From positions 62,434,001-62,498,000 of the forward strand of contig NC_083224.1 of NCBI RefSeq assembly GCF_032191835.1: a DNA stretch of 64,000 nt, read 5' to 3'. Made by a program: the position numbers and the translations under genes. Below, piece after piece: positions 61,103 to 64,000 of this stretch; the stretch's first letter is position 1, and each line of letters starts with the position of its first letter. The notes under the pieces are model-generated. The model saw nothing but the letters and a program-made list of their open reading frames with translations. It was not told the origin of the DNA and ran no database searches. The DNA comes from Heteronotia binoei. Its lineage: Eukaryota.

Positions 61103-63484
61103 GCAGGTGCCACCCTGGAGGTGGACAAAACCAGCAACTGCCAGTACACATGCATTCTCTGGCTCTCACCTTGTTAGAATAGCTTGCCTGATGAGATTCA
61201 AAAGGCTCCCATGTTCTGGGAGCAAAACTATGCAAAACTGAATTATTCAGGACGGTTCTTTTACACAAATAATAGGGCTGTACTATAATGAAATGGTTCA
61301 AAAGTTTGGGCAAATAGTACTGTCTGTTGCTACTATGTAATTTCTGCATTATTTAATGTGTCATTTAAATACAGCCTGTTTCTGATTTCTGCTTGTTCAG
61401 ATTTCTGCAATCCAAATACTGATGTCTGTATTTGACTTAAACGATGTAATCTACCCTCAGTCAGTGAGATAGGGGGATCAGACATTACATAAATAAACAA
61501 GTAAAGATAAATAAAAATACTAAAAATTCCCTATTTTATTTTTTTGTTTAGTCATATTCACTTAACACAGAAATGTCTGGATTCAATCAGGGCCTCTGGT
61601 TGACTCACTGTTGCTCAAAACTGTTTTAAAGCTGCCATTTCACATTGCCAGAAGGTGCACAAGGACATATACTTCCAGACACTAGTTCCCTGGGGATGGT
61701 ATTCACAAACTGTAACACTGGCTGCGTTTACATGGTGAAGATTCTCCGTGCAGCTTTAATCACTGCTGCAAATATAAGGCTGGCACAACTTCAACATGCA
61801 GGAGTTTTCTGTGTACTTTCTCCATCTTTTCCTCTTGACTTTCCCCTCCCTCATGGGACTACACCTTGGCTCTCAGGTGTTGGTGGCCACAGCTGCTGAT
61901 GTTTTAAAGAAGCCCCCCCCCTGGACCCTAGGGCATCATGATAGGGAAACAAATGGAGGGAAAATGTTGCCCACAACATCATGATAGGAAAATGCCATAG
62001 ATGTTAGGAGAAAATGTGCTCCATGCTTTCCAGGAGGCATGGTAATGCACTTGGATAATGTTTTTTTCAAAAAGATCAGAGAAATGTAGATTTGCTAATG
62101 AAGATGGGGAAAATCTGAAATCAGAATAATTACAGCACTGTGTTGTGTGGACACCCCCCACCCACCAGCACTCCCGTGCAAGGAAAAACCACAGTGTGAC
62201 AACAGCAGCAATGTATTTAATAGAAAACATACCTGTTCTTCACAGCTACTACTACTGGTTTCATGATGTGCTGCTATCCCTCTTCATCCTGTTCCTCTCA
62301 AAGCTAATCATGCCTAGTCCATTTGGACTAGCAGTAATAAGCATCTGACTAGAACAGCTGTTGAGCATGTTTGTAGAGTATATATTTTATTTATCTAATT
62401 TGAAATATAGCTTGCTGGTGCCTGACATGTTAGTCACCCACCAAAGCACCAGAGAAAGCATGGGACTGCTGAAGAAAGTCAATATCCGAAAGCACCTTAC
62501 GCATCTGGTTCTAGTTCTAATCCTCAGACGGTGGCAACAAGATTCCCTGAGCCAACATTTTTATTCATGCTGCAGCCTGTTCTCTACTTTGTCTATGGCT
62601 GTTCCCTGTTGAACCTGAACATCTTCATCATAGCCATAATGAGTTATTGAGAACATCTGGCTACCTGTGAAATTGCCTTACCCATTTACTCCCCTATCAG
62701 ACTCTGCAGCGGAGAAAGAGCTTCTCCTGCAAACTGTGCTCTTGAATTTCTGGATTAAGGATAGGCATGAATAATGGATTGGGAGAATGTGTGTGCTTGC
62801 CCATCACTAGCACATTAGCAGATGCTTGGCATTTACTTCATTTTGCTTTCCCTTCATTTCTTCAGAAATGAATATTTTACAAAAGTATTTGATCATTTGT
62901 TAAATTGGCTGTTTGCAGATTTGCTCATAACAAACTCCAGCTGGAGTCCAGCAGCAGAACAAGTTGTTCCTGCTGCAACCCTGCACCAATCTGCTCCCCT
63001 GTTCTAACCTAACAGCCAGAGACTAGTCAGCCCCTCTTCTGCCACCCCCCTCCCAGTTTTGGCCACTTTTCAATACGCAGATGTCTTGAAATAGAAGACT
63101 CTGATTGTATGCGTAGTATGAGTTGTTACTTGTTCCTGGAGGGACAATGGATGTGTCCACATTTGGATTAGAGGTTTGTAGCTAGGAACATCAATCTTCT
63201 TGACAAAAGCTCTTTGTCAAGAACAGATGCATGAAAGGCAGAAACTCAATAGGTGTAGTTTTCCTGAAATGGCCTTCTCAAACAATCAACAGAAAACTAC
63301 AGGCCAAGACAGCCCCTGCCACTTTTATATCCTTCTCCTCTCTGCTTTTAAAGAGTGATCAATGGTAATGCTAATAATTGCATTTGTGGTTGGTAATTAT
63401 GTTGATATTTACCACAAAGGCTACTAAACTCATTTATTTACATAACTATATAATAATAAAATTTATGTATTTATTAATATAATA

Positions 63485-63670
63485 TTTTTTGCAGGTGGGG
63501 ACCCAAAGCAGCTTACATTGTTCTCATCTCTGCTTTATCCTCACAACAGCCCTGTGAGGTATGTTAGGCTGAGAATGAGCGAATGACCCCAGGCTACCCA
63601 GCAAATTTCTGTAGTAGAGTGGGGACCTTGGTCTCTCATTCTAGTCTGCTTCTAACCACCACATCACACT
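63485..63670 (-). mobile_element. tRNA-derived SINE (Squam3-like), degraded
   Basis: CTCACAACAGCCCTGTGAGGTATGTTAGGCTGAGA body, reversed. Confidence 0.55.
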
Positions 63671-63829
63671 GATGCCAGTACATGTGACTCCTATGTCACC
63701 AAAAAGGGGCAGGCAGGGGGAGGCTCCCAGAGCTTGATAGGATTAGTGGATCTTGCTGGGCTTACCTATTGAAAAACTACCTTAAACAAAGAAAAGGAAT
63801 TGGTCAGTTTAGAGCCACTTATTGTAGTC

Positions 63830-63935
63830 TACTTTGAGCAGACTTTGGAGGATGGTGGAAGACGGGACGGGCCTTGTGTGACTAGGTCTATGGGGTCACA
63901 AAGAGTCGGACTCAACTGTGCAACTGAACAACAAA
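63830..63935 (+). mobile_element. RTE-BovB 3' end
   Basis: GGGGTCACAAAGAGTCGGAC...CAACTGAACAACAA. Confidence 0.75.
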
Positions 63936-63943
63936 TTGTTGTC

Positions 63944-64000
63944 TAGGGCTCTTTTTCTTGTAGGAGCTCCTATGCATATTAGGCCATGACCCCCTGATGT
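63944..64000. mobile_element. Start of a hAT MITE (35292 family), cut by the window edge
   Basis: TAGGGCTCTTTTTCTTGTAGGAGCTCCTATGCATATTAGGCC. Confidence 0.55.

Overview
Repeat-rich, non-coding vertebrate DNA. The CR1, L2, BovB, Squam3-like and 5S-derived SINE families point to a squamate, probably a gecko (inference). It is a draft assembly with one 136-N gap. I recognise no host protein-coding gene, rRNA or tRNA gene, or CRISPR array; nearly all listed ORFs are transposon remnants, their antisense frames, or chance. The main structures are two diverged Ngaro-type tyrosine-recombinase (YR) retrotransposons on the minus strand (16715-23973, with split direct repeats; ~44545-48190, a deletion derivative). 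Both carry a zinc-finger ORF1 and a downstream SGNH hydrolase. Top observation: in both copies the hydrolase frame has no ATG before its catalytic Ser, is closed upstream by an in-frame TGA, and follows an identically spaced phase-1 splice acceptor (TTTGAC-16 nt-AG). Copy 1 has a phase-1 donor (AAG|GTGGGT) four codons before the ORF1 stop. This predicts a spliced Gag/zinc-finger-SGNH fusion with RT/RNaseH/YR removed as an intron. Repeat family names come from motif recognition, not database searches, and boundaries are approximate unless a TSD is quoted.
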